Shown here in pieces: positions 9,598 to 19,815 of a stretch of 32,000 nucleotides of DNA (positions are counted from its first letter, which is position 1; each line of letters opens with the position of its first letter). This stretch comes from Erysipelothrix larvae. GTDB lineage: Bacteria; Bacillota_I; Bacilli_A; Erysipelotrichales; Erysipelotrichaceae. Position numbers and translations under genes: made by a program. Where the stretch lies: the NCBI RefSeq assembly GCF_001545095.1, contig NZ_CP013213.1, positions 1,680,001 to 1,712,000 of the forward strand. Reading direction: 5' to 3'. The notes under the pieces were generated by a model. That model was not told where the DNA came from, searched no databases, and saw only the letters and a list, made by a program, of their open reading frames with translations.

Positions 9598-10708
9598 CGC
9601 TTCCTCCATTTACTAAAGTTTCATAATAGTCTGTTAACCATTGACCGGTCTTTTTGTTATTAAAGCCCAATTGATCCAAAGTCTCAGCTTGTGATACTCG
9701 GTTAACACGTTCAAAGTTTATAATCGTGTCAGCCCACATGCCAGGATCTTTTAAGGGTAAAAAGGTAAACGGTTCAATCAGTTTTGATTCTGAACTGACG
9801 GTATCTGCGACAACACACGGAAGTCCACTACATTGTGCTTCGACAAGAACATAGGGTAACCCTTCAAACAGGGATGGTAAGACAAAGATGTCAAACCCTT
9901 GTAGGATACGCTCTGTAGACGATAAGACACCGGTATAGGTTACGTGTCCCTCTAATCCTAAGGCTTTCACTTTTTGTTTGATTTTTGGTTCGAGTTCCCC
10001 TTCCCCTACTAATACAAGATGGGCGTTGGGTTGTATTTTTATCAGTTTTTGAAAGACGTCGATGAGAAACTCATGATTTTTTTGAAAGTGAAAACGTCCA
10101 ACATGTCCAACGACAAATTTTCCATTGAGATTATACGTTTCACGTACGGCATCACGTACGTTTGGATTGTATGCATATTGGGATACATTGATGCCATTAT
10201 TCACCACAATGAAAGGACGATTACCATACAAGAATTCTCCTGCTACATGTGAACAAGCAAGCAGTTGAGTTGCATACTTTGGAATTGATTTTGTAGCACA
10301 ATCAAAGCATTTTGAAATGATTTTACTTTCTACGATATTTTCACTGGCATGTGAATGGGATAGGCGAATCTTAATTCCTAATTTTTCCATCTGTTTCAGC
10401 ACAATACTATTCAGTGCATTCATATGCGCATGGACAATATCATAGTCTTCATATTTGATTTGTTTTTTGATTTCACGAATTGAAGGGCCTTTGATTTTTA
10501 AATCTTGCGGTGTATATGGGATGCGATAGATTTTACACCCGTGATCCAATACTTCCTGATCAAAGTCTCCTGGGGTTCTTCCAAAAACCATAAAATCAAT
10601 ATGTACACGTGTTGCATCGATTGTGCGTAGTGTATTCATCAAAAACGTTTCAGTTCCTGCTCTTTTTAAGGTCCCACCGTGTACAAACAAAACTTTTATA
10701 GGTTTCAT
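9575..10708 (-). CDS. Glycosyltransferase family 4 (GT-B, GT1-type)
   Basis: Typical C-terminal EGLPYVLVEAQCSGLPCV motif. I chose the ATG at 10708 (MKPIKVLFVHGG) because a GGAGGG RBS lies 7 nt upstream. The 3' end overlaps the response-regulator start by 23 nt. Confidence 0.85.
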   Translation of the reverse strand: MKPIKVLFVHGGTLKRAGTETFLMNTLRTIDATRVHIDFMVFGRTPGDFDQEVLDHGCKIYRIPYTPQDLKIKGPSIREIKKQIKYEDYDIVHAHMNALNSIVLKQMEKLGIKIRLSHSHASENIVESKIISKCFDCATKSIPKYATQLLACSHVAGEFLYGNRPFIVVNNGINVSQYAYNPNVRDAVRETYNLNGKFVVGHVGRFHFQKNHEFLIDVFQKLIKIQPNAHLVLVGEGELEPKIKQKVKALGLEGHVTYTGVLSSTERILQGFDIFVLPSLFEGLPYVLVEAQCSGLPCVVADTVSSESKLIEPFTFLPLKDPGMWADTIINFERVNRVSQAETLDQLGFNNKKTGQWLTDYYETLVNGGSDAENMRM

Positions 10709-10778
10709 AAAAAATCCCTCCATATTCATTTTACAATATCTTTTATAAATCACAAAGGCTATTTAATGAGATTGTGTG

Positions 10779-11120
10779 TTATGAAGGCATTTCTTCATCA
10801 TAAGCTTGAATCAGTGGGATAAATCCCAGCATGGACAAAACAATTCCTTTGATATCTGATTTGAAAATGATTGCGATCATGAACAATGCGAGGATCATGC
10901 TGATATTCAAAGCCCGGGATGCTTTTTTTGGTGACGTCATTTCTTTGAAGTAACAACATATAATCACGCTGATAAAGATAGGAATAAACCCGACTATAAA
11001 TACAGTCAGCAAATGATTCTCACACGCTTTATTGAATACAAATAATATCAGAAACACCCCTACAAGTCCTCGAATAAACAATAACCATGAGTTGTATCGA
11101 ACCATCTCTTTTTGATACAT
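10779..11120 (-). CDS. Small 4-TM membrane protein, unknown function
   Basis: 113-aa hydrophobic ORF with a strong AAGGAGGTG RBS. It is the first gene of the GT-RR-HK string. Confidence 0.6.
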   Translation of the reverse strand: MYQKEMVRYNSWLLFIRGLVGVFLILFVFNKACENHLLTVFIVGFIPIFISVIICCYFKEMTSPKKASRALNISMILALFMIAIIFKSDIKGIVLSMLGFIPLIQAYDEEMPS

Positions 11121-11224
11121 CTCACCACCTCCTTTGTATAGACTTATTCTACCAATATCACGTTTAAGGTAATAGTTACAAATCCTTAAGAATTGATTAA
11201 GATTTTAAAAGCACCGATATTTTT

Positions 11225-11249
11225 AAAAAAAAAGACACTTAAGTGTCTT
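11225..11249 (-). terminator. Perfect 18-nt palindrome plus T-run
   Basis: aagacactt/aagtgtctt followed on the minus strand by T9. It lies ~280 nt downstream of the eno stop (11532) and ~215 nt below the eno terminator. Confidence 0.55.
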
Positions 11250-11463
11250 ACTAACCTGTCATATCTCAAGATCATAACGGTGTTGATTATATTATTGATT
11301 ATTTAGGTGTAAATACTTTTTTTACATAATTTCAAGGTCGTCCACTTCTTCAGGTTTTATATCACGATACCCCCATTTTACAATAGATTGCCTTAGCATG
11401 GAATCACCATAGATTTAGTCGACACTTTTTTGATAAGTGTAAAAGGAGCTGATGATTTCTCAT

Positions 11464-11505
11464 AAAAAAAGATGGGTACAAAACCATAGGGTTTCATATC
11501 CATCC
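11464..11505 (-). terminator. Rho-independent terminator of the pgk-tpiA-eno operon
   Basis: ~14-bp interrupted stem (gatggatatgaaacc / ggttttgtacccatc) with a ctat loop and a T7 run, ~30 nt after the eno stop. Confidence 0.75.
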
Positions 11506-11531
11506 TTTAACTTTAAATTAATTCAAGTGAA

Positions 11532-13591
<2,060 letters not shown>

Positions 13592-14791
13592 TTATTTTTC
13601 CTCAATAATTGCAATTCCTGGCAATTCTTTTCCTTCCATAAACTCAAGACTTGCACCACCACCTGTAGAGATGTGGGTAATCTTGTCTCTAAATCCTAAT
13701 TGAATTGCAGCAGCAGCTGAATCACCACCACCGATTACACTTAGAACTCCTGGAAGTTCTGTAATAGCCTTACATACTTCTAATGTACCTTTTGCGAACG
13801 CTGGGAATTCAAATACACCCATTGGGCCATTCCATACAACAGTTTGAGCGCCTTCAAGTTCTTTCTTAAAGAGTTCAATTGTTTCTGGTCCAATGTCAAG
13901 TCCCATCATGCCTGCAGGCATATTTTCAGTAGGTGCTACTTCATGATGTGCATCTGGAGCAAACGCGTCAGCAACAACGTTATCAATTGGTAATACCAAT
14001 TTACCGTCTGCTTTTGCAAGAATTGCTTTTGCGACATCAATGCGATCTTCTTCAACAAGAGAAGTTCCGACTTCTAAACCTTGTGCTTTGAAGAATGTGT
14101 ATGCCATACCACCACCAACAATTACTTTGTCAGCTGTGTTTAATAGATTTTCAATTACATTAATTTTATCACTTACCTTAGCGCCACCAAGGATTGCAAC
14201 AAATGGACGCTTAGGACTATAAATTGCTTCACCTAAGAATTTTACTTCTTTTTCAACTAAGAACCCAAGAGCTGAAGGTAGATTTTCTGCGATACCAACT
14301 GTTGATGCATGTGCACGGTGTACTGAACCGAATGCATCCGTTACAAATAGATCGCCTAAACTTGCCCAATATTTACCTAACTCAGGATCGTTTTTGCTTT
14401 CACCTGGTTCATAGCGAGTGTTTTGTAGAAGTACAATTTCACCATTGTTAAGTGCATTCACTGCTTCTTCAACTTTTGGTCCACGTGTTGCATCAACAAA
14501 TGAAACCTTCACATCTGGAAGTAGCTCTTGCAAACGAACTGCAACAGGTGCCATGTTGTTCTTCTTCTTGTCTGCCTCTGTTTTTTCTGGATCTTTATGA
14601 TTCACTTTACCTAAGTGAGACATTAAGATCACACGTGCATTGTTTTCAACCAAGTATTTGATGGTTGGCAACGCACCGAGAATACGATTGTCATCAGTAA
14701 TTACACCATCTTTGAGTGGAACATTGAAATCCACGCGTACAATGACTTTCTTACTGTCAACATTTAAATCTTTGACCGTTTTCTTTGCCAT
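13592..14791 (-). CDS. pgk: Phosphoglycerate kinase
   Basis: Canonical RVDFNVP and GGGDS(A)A motifs. 399 aa. Its stop abuts the tpiA start. Confidence 0.97.
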   Translation of the reverse strand: MAKKTVKDLNVDSKKVIVRVDFNVPLKDGVITDDNRILGALPTIKYLVENNARVILMSHLGKVNHKDPEKTEADKKKNNMAPVAVRLQELLPDVKVSFVDATRGPKVEEAVNALNNGEIVLLQNTRYEPGESKNDPELGKYWASLGDLFVTDAFGSVHRAHASTVGIAENLPSALGFLVEKEVKFLGEAIYSPKRPFVAILGGAKVSDKINVIENLLNTADKVIVGGGMAYTFFKAQGLEVGTSLVEEDRIDVAKAILAKADGKLVLPIDNVVADAFAPDAHHEVAPTENMPAGMMGLDIGPETIELFKKELEGAQTVVWNGPMGVFEFPAFAKGTLEVCKAITELPGVLSVIGGGDSAAAAIQLGFRDKITHISTGGGASLEFMEGKELPGIAIIEEK

Positions 14792-14818
14792 AGGATCCTC
14801 CTTGTTTTACCATTTAAC

Positions 14819-14847
14819 ATTATACCAAATTTTACTGCGTCTTACAA
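14819..14847 (-). promoter_or_regulatory. Sigma-A type promoter of pgk operon
   Basis: Minus strand reads TTGTAA - 17 nt - (TGg)TATAAT, ~25 nt upstream of the GGAGGA RBS of pgk. Confidence 0.6.
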
Positions 14848-14898
14848 CGTGAACAAGCTATCTTGACAAAGTTTTCACACAACCATTTATTGTCCTAA
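14822..14898. repeat. Left copy of ~77-bp direct repeat flanking the IS1634-like element
   Basis: By hand alignment to 23030-23107 I count about 8 substitutions and 1 indel over 77 nt. Confidence 0.8.
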
Positions 14899-15030
14899 GA
14901 GTTTGACAGCTATAATTTAATTAAGTTATCTTTGGTGCACTAGTTAGTGCGCTTTTTTGTCAATACTATTTATATTTTATGTTCCATAACGTCCCATTGA
15001 AAGGTGTAATATACCTAATAAGGAGGATCT

Positions 15031-15627
15031 TATGTATCTCAATCAAAACAAATCTCATAAAGGAATCTATCATACAATCACTCATGCCTATCGGGAAAAG
15101 CGAGAAAAAGAAAGAGCGCAATGTTAAGAATATTGGATATCTTGACGACCTTAAACTCCAATACGACGATCCAATCGCACATTTCAAACAAGTCGTTAAG
15201 GACATGACACTTGAAAAAACTAAAGATACCAAGGTTGTACTAACGATTGATAAGAGTGCAATCATAGATACCAATTCACCGAACATTAACGTCAAAAGTG
15301 CGTTTATCTATAAAATGATTCATACATTAGGGCTTCCAGATATTCTTGGGTAAAATTCAACGTAAACATAAAGCTGAGTATAGATTTATTGATATTCAAC
15401 GGTTCTTAACGTATAACCGTATCTTAACCCCTTCCAGCATCCAAGAAGCCTATAATCATAAGACCTCATAGATTCATTCCTTTGATTTAGAAACTACATG
15501 ATGTCTACCGTTTCTTAAGTGTTTTGACACCCTATAAGGATGCTTTAATCGAACACATGAATAAATCAATTGTTGACACCTTTGGTAAATGACATGTTTC
15601 ACGCACCTATTATGACTGTACCAATAA
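15031..15627 (+). pseudogene. IS1634-family (DDE) transposase, N-terminal ~200 codons, multiple frameshifts and stops
   Basis: Pieces read in three frames: MYLNQNKSHKGIYHTITHAYREKREK / NVKNIGYLDDLKLQYDDPIAHFKQV... / GKIQRKHKAEYRFIDIQRFLTYNRILTPSS / HDVYRFLSVLTPYKDALIEHMNKS...TYYDCTN. The fragment ends right after the YYDCTN catalytic-Asp motif. Confidence 0.7.
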
Positions 15628-15885
15628 AACAAATAAACATCAGATTTACTATTTGTTTCGTAAATCGTATCGTCATGAAGACCAACCCACTGTAACAAGA
15701 CTTATCTAATGAGCCTGACCCGTATTTCCTTTCTTTTTATTTCTGGTAAAACTTAATCGTGAATGTGCATTTTTGTCGCTCCTCATAGTTTAACCACCTT
15801 AAAAAGAACACCACCCCGTCATACTACTATAATTAGTAGATGAGTCTTTGAACTTGTATCTCTCGCTAAGATCTTTTTGTTTTAT
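15621..15885. repeat. Copy 1 of internal ~270-bp direct repeat
   Basis: Aligns with 18115-18399. The first ~100 nt are near identical (ccaataaaacaaataaacatcagattt...gacccgtatttcctttc); the rest is diverged with indels. Confidence 0.8.
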
Positions 15886-15977
15886 TAAACACTTTATTGA
15901 ATACATACGAAATCACTAAGCCTTATCATAGAACTTATGTCAAAAATAGTTTTTTCAACCTCGTTTCATGATCATTC

Positions 15978-16544
15978 TTAGCGTTCAACTATTCGAGATT
16001 TATACCTTTTACTCAACATTTTTCGTGCCACAACCGAGATATCTTGATTTTCAACAAACATTTTATTTCTGTTTTTTCCGATGTACAGGTTTTCTATTGG
16101 GCTTCTTCTAAGTAATGCTGAGTAATAACTTGAAGCCAAATCTGAGTAATCTTTGTTTTGGTTGTGAATCAGAAAAATCAATAACATTTGCTCACTCTCT
16201 GCAATATAATCGAGTGATTCTGAAGTGTCATTATACTGATCCGTCATATGTCCAATTCTTCTCAATATTATATTTTCAAACTGATCTGGGAACATGCAGT
16301 AGGCCGCATTTAATATTTCAAAGTATGTTCCACTTCTATCTTCAATATTTGACTCTAAATAGTGGTTTAACGCTTCCAATTCAGAATCCCTTATTTCTTT
16401 TGTGCGAAATTGAATCAGTGAGTGAAAAGTAAATTGCTCTTTATCAGAAAAAGCACTATTTCGAATAACGTTGATTATTACAAGTGCATTAATTAATCCA
16501 ATCGGGAACAATAATACAGCCAGTAAATTTAAGACGTAGCTCAA
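15978..16544 (-). CDS. Hypothetical protein with N-terminal TM anchor and ~150-aa soluble domain
   Basis: 188-aa ORF with a TTG start and no clear RBS, so the start is uncertain. I recognise no motif. Confidence 0.45.
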   Translation of the reverse strand: MSYVLNLLAVLLFPIGLINALVIINVIRNSAFSDKEQFTFHSLIQFRTKEIRDSELEALNHYLESNIEDRSGTYFEILNAAYCMFPDQFENIILRRIGHMTDQYNDTSESLDYIAESEQMLLIFLIHNQNKDYSDLASSYYSALLRRSPIENLYIGKNRNKMFVENQDISVVARKMLSKRYKSRIVER

Positions 16545-16579
16545 ATAAACACATATAGTAGTTAATGAAAATACAGTGA

Positions 16580-16918
16580 TTAAACAAACTGATCCCGAAC
16601 TTTGTTGATATTTCTTCCAAATACATTTCTTTCTTCAAAGATACTTCTTTGAGCAATGATCCCTAAAGGATTTATTCTAAAAGGTTTGAAATATAGAGGC
16701 CCTATCTTCCTGACTCCTCCCTCAAATAACCATAGTGAAAAATCATCAATATTAGAGATGACCACTGCACCAACGAGTGTTAACATCAATACAATGACCA
16801 GTAAAACGAACACTAAAGTCCAGGGATTTAATTCTCCTCTAAAACTATCAATGATTTGGAGCATAATAAAACCATCAATCACTCCCAGAAAAATATATAA
16901 CATCTTTTTATTATTCAT
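16580..16918 (-). CDS. Hypothetical 2-TM membrane protein (candidate immunity protein of cassette C)
   Basis: 112-aa ORF with two hydrophobic helices, directly downstream of leader-peptide copy C. GGAGG-like RBS (gataggtggagg). Confidence 0.5.
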   Translation of the reverse strand: MNNKKMLYIFLGVIDGFIMLQIIDSFRGELNPWTLVFVLLVIVLMLTLVGAVVISNIDDFSLWLFEGGVRKIGPLYFKPFRINPLGIIAQRSIFEERNVFGRNINKVRDQFV

Positions 16919-16944
16919 CTCAATTTTCCTCCACCTATCAAATA

Positions 16945-17290
16945 TTAATACCAGACTCTATTGTTCCAAACATATGACACCGCCAAACTAACTTCTAGAC
17001 CTGCAATAAAACCCCCTATAAAACCGCCCAGAAATGACGCAATTTTAATTACTGGTGTACCAAATTTTAACAGCAGCCCAACTATATCCATAATCACCAA
17101 CTTGTGCCTATGATTTGGAGAATAAAGCCCATGACCACCCAGCCGCTACTCGTGCCTTTGATACATTAATACTCCAACTATTCCATACTCCTTCTAAATT
17201 ATTACAAAAGTTTGTTGCGTCTGCTCCATCCAAATACATCATTTCTTCCTGTTCTAATTCAACATAATTCATAGGTAAACCTTATTCCAT
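16945..17290 (-). pseudogene. Double-glycine-leader peptide paralog C (disrupted)
   Basis: ATGGAATAA (ME-stop) occupies the position where copies A and B read MELGLP. Two sub-ORFs remain. 17108-17272 encodes MNYVELEQEEMMYLDGA-DATNFCNNLEGVWNSWSINVSKARVAAGWSWALFSKS (54 aa). 16945-17091 encodes MDIVGLLLKFGTPVIKIASFLGGFIGGFIAGLEVSLAVSYVWNNRVWY (48 aa), in another frame. Confidence 0.6.
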
Positions 17291-17375
17291 AATTTTAGCT
17301 CCTTTTTCTATCATTTCAAGAGTATACGACAGTTTTAGACGTACACTGATAATTGTGCCACAGTTTGAATCAAGC

Positions 17376-18179
17376 TTACATTTTAGTATTAATTTCTTCC
17401 AATTTGGATTTGTATACGAGCCATCTTATTTGAAAGAAAGGAAAATCGCTGAATAATAAGCTAAAGATTGCTGCAGGAATATAATCAAAATAGAGCAAAG
17501 GAAAAGTCAAGCACAAAAGTACGACCGCTAAAATACAATACTTTAGGACTAGCACATAAACTAATTTATTATTCTTCCACTCCTTTGATAAGCGAAAGCA
17601 CTCATAAAAAGAAAGTAGTGTATAACTTCCTAATGTGAGATAGACTAGTAAATTATCAACTGATATTGCTGCTAAAACAATAACAAGTAGCCAAAACTTT
17701 ACTTGACGAATTTTCTTTGTTTGTTTGCTTTCAAAAAAAATGTCAGTACCATGCTCCGTGATAACGTTACACGCTTGACTAAAAGACTCTTCACTAATTT
17801 TATTCATCGATTCAATAAGACGGATATGAAACACTAATGACATGATGATCAAGAAGCACTGTATTCCATAGAATAGAAGTGTACCTAACTGATGGAAATA
17901 ATTTAGGCACATATAGAAAACAAGCAACAGACTCAGTAAAAAAACACTTGATTTTTCGTATGGCTTACCTCGGTTTAAGGATCTAATTGCGTCCATTGGT
18001 AACAAAATAAGCGTATAGAAAATCAAAGATAAAAATGGTAAATATGAAATTAATAGGCTCAGTATATTCATAGGTTCAAAAACAAATATGTAATTAGCAC
18101 TATAAATAAATGAACCAATAAAACAAATAAACATCAGATTTGCTATTTGTTTCGTAAATCGTATCGTCATGAAGACCAA
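17376..18179 (-). CDS. Hypothetical polytopic (~7 TM) membrane protein
   Basis: 267-aa hydrophobic ORF. The likely start is the ATG at 18170 (MTIRFTKQ). Its first ~20 codons are duplicated at 15626-15698. Confidence 0.6.
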   Translation of the reverse strand: MVFMTIRFTKQIANLMFICFIGSFIYSANYIFVFEPMNILSLLISYLPFLSLIFYTLILLPMDAIRSLNRGKPYEKSSVFLLSLLLVFYMCLNYFHQLGTLLFYGIQCFLIIMSLVFHIRLIESMNKISEESFSQACNVITEHGTDIFFESKQTKKIRQVKFWLLVIVLAAISVDNLLVYLTLGSYTLLSFYECFRLSKEWKNNKLVYVLVLKYCILAVVLLCLTFPLLYFDYIPAAIFSLLFSDFPFFQIRWLVYKSKLEEINTKM

Positions 18180-18399
18180 CCCACTGTAATCAGACTTATC
18201 TAATAAACCTGACCCGTATTTCCTTTCTTTTTTATTTCAAGCTAAACCTAGTAAAATTGAACCGTGAATGTGTACTTTTGTTTACCTTTGAATCTTAACT
18301 ACCCTCAGGAGAGTATTGCCACTTCTTACTACTGTAATTGCAATTAGCTAAAATAAATCTTTGAACTTTTCTCTCACGCTAGGATCCTTTTATGTTTTA
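18115..18399. repeat. Copy 2 of internal ~270-bp direct repeat
   Basis: See 15621-15885. This copy runs from inside the 5' end of the 267-aa gene to the first codons of the IS110 transposase stub. Confidence 0.8.
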
Positions 18400-18487
18400 C
18401 ATCGGAATCGATATTGCTACGTGTAAGCACTATGTCGCTGTTATTGACCAACATGGAGAAGTATTTGGTGAACTACCCGCCACTTAG
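18392..18487 (+). pseudogene. IS110-family transposase, N-terminal 31 codons only
   Basis: MFYIGIDIATCKHYVAVIDQHGEVFGELPAT-stop. IGIDIAK-type N-terminus carrying the first Asp of the DEDD fold, then truncated. Confidence 0.6.
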
Positions 18488-18610
18488 CATACGCTCGAAG
18501 TGGGGGCTTCTTGAGAACAAAGCAAACTTAATCGACATTCCTGTCGACCAGCGGTCACTTTTATTTATCAAGCTATCCCCGATGTCCCATCGGTTTATTG
18601 TTTTTCATTC
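18488..18610 (-). other. Candidate IS200/IS605-type right end (omega-RNA/reRNA scaffold remnant) downstream of the tnpB stub
   Basis: Non-coding stretch immediately 3' of the TnpB fragment. It contains short stem-loops (ccgatgggacatcgg) and abuts the IS110 stub. Confidence 0.3.
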
Positions 18611-18898
18611 TTAGGATTGATGCGAAAGTCTTAATCCTTCATTCAGGATATTGATGCTTGCATTCAAATCACGATCGTGTGTGATGTTGCAGTTGGAACA
18701 TTCCCATTGACGTATCTCCAGTGGTTTCTTTCCATCATTATGTCCACAGTGAGAACACAGCTGACTGGACGGATACCAGGAATCAATCTTGATTACTTTT
18801 TTCCCATACCAACCGGCTTTGTATTCGAGCTTTGCCACAAATTGTGACCACGACACATCTGCAATACTCTTTGAAACCCGCTTCGTCTTCATCATTTT
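18611..18898 (-). pseudogene. TnpB (IS605 OrfB) C-terminal fragment
   Basis: MMKTKRVSKSIADVSWSQFVAKLEYKAGWYGKKVIKIDSWYPSSQLCSHCG...WECSNCNITHDRDLNASINI. This is the zinc ribbon (CxxC...CxxC) and RuvC-III DRDxNA motif only; the first ~300 codons are absent. Confidence 0.75.
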
Positions 18899-19271
18899 TT
18901 TCCAAACTCTTTATGTCATTTTGGATTGTTTGGATGGATGCGTTCAAATCTGACAATTTCTCTTTCTTTTATTCCAATGATTTTTGAGTTGATGTTGTCG
19001 AATAAGTTTCACTCTCTACCTTACTTTTATACCCAATTTTTCCCTTGATTAATGCTTGTTCACTTTCTATGAGCGTTGTACGAACCAGCCGATCTCGCTA
19101 TTGCTTCCCCTCTCCCACACCTCACGATGTGAAACTTGCAGGTCGCTATCAATTCGCGATAGATACGCTCCTTGGGACTTTCACCTAAGATATATGACTG
19201 CCTGTCATACTATAAAAATGAGAGATCCTAATTCAAAATATCTCCCAACTCTTATAAAGTACTGCTACTAC

Positions 19272-19451
19272 TTAACTCTTTGAAGAATTTGAGAGCCACG
19301 TTACAAAAGCAACAATAAACACTATCCCAAATGCGATAAAAGAATAAATAGTTCCAAATTTGAAAATAACTTCATTTATAACAAATAATAATATCCCAAT
19401 AACTAACAATATTGTTGATTTGATTCTCTTATCCAAAACAGTATCCATCAT
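19272..19451 (-). CDS. Small 2-TM protein, candidate immunity protein of cassette A
   Basis: MMDTVLDKRIKSTILLVIGILLFVINEVIFKFGTIYSFIAFGIVFIVAFVTWLSNSSKS (59 aa). Its start overlaps the 3' end of peptide gene A by 23 nt. Confidence 0.55.
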   Translation of the reverse strand: MMDTVLDKRIKSTILLVIGILLFVINEVIFKFGTIYSFIAFGIVFIVAFVTWLSNSSKS

Positions 19452-19815
19452 TTCCGTAACTTCCAAACCAACCATCAGCGGCATCAATTCCCCATGCTAC
19501 AAAATATCCAACTGATAGTGACGCAATGCCAGCTAATCCACTAATTGTGGCTACAATCTTTTTTCTCATACTTATTGAAACACTAAAATACTTTGCTATT
19601 GCACCTGCAATACTATTCACATTATTAGTAATCCATTTTTTTGCAGCTTGTCCCTTTACTGACCATATACCAAATAAGAGTAATGCTACATCAATCCCAG
19701 CTGCAATTGCATCTCTTGAATTCCACCAATTTCTACCAAAACTCAAGCCACCATCCAAGTACATCATTTCTTCTTGTTCTAATTCAACATAATTCATCGG
19801 TAGACCTAATTCCAT
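19429..19815 (-). CDS. Double-glycine-leader peptide A (bacteriocin-like precursor), intact
   Basis: AGGAGG RBS 8 nt upstream of MELGLPMNYVELEQEEMMYLDGG, which fits the GG-leader consensus (acidic/hydrophobic pattern ending in GG). The mature part is ~105 aa with two hydrophobic, Gly/Ala-rich segments. Confidence 0.7.
   Translation of the reverse strand: MELGLPMNYVELEQEEMMYLDGGLSFGRNWWNSRDAIAAGIDVALLLFGIWSVKGQAAKKWITNNVNSIAGAIAKYFSVSISMRKKIVATISGLAGIASLSVGYFVAWGIDAADGWFGSYGNDGYCFG

Noticed and set aside
14900-14920. TTGACA...TATAAT at the IS left end as a promoter
   Set aside because: The two hexamers are separated by only 2 nt (ttgacaGCtataat), so they cannot function together as a -35/-10 pair.
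14966-15353. ORFs 14979-15353 (+) and 14966-15295 (-) taken as standalone genes
   Set aside because: The plus ORF is just one reading-frame piece of the frameshifted IS1634 transposase N-terminus. The minus ORF is its antisense shadow.
15474-15698. 74-aa minus-strand ORF
   Set aside because: It is a chimeric reading frame. It starts in the duplicated 5' region of the 267-aa membrane gene (in a different frame) and runs antisense through IS1634 transposase debris.
18414-18614. 66-aa plus-strand ORF
   Set aside because: It spans the out-of-frame IS110 stub and the antisense of the TnpB-associated right end, with no coding signal.
19056-19283. 75-aa plus-strand ORF, and a possible group II intron domain V in the GC-rich patch
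   Set aside because: The ORF has no RBS and an odd composition. I tried to fold gttcgtac...gtgaac as a domain V hairpin, but the inner stem and the catalytic AGC/GAAA features are missing.
19526-19792. 88-aa plus-strand ORF inside peptide gene A
   Set aside because: It is an antisense shadow of a gene with a strong RBS and a recognisable leader.
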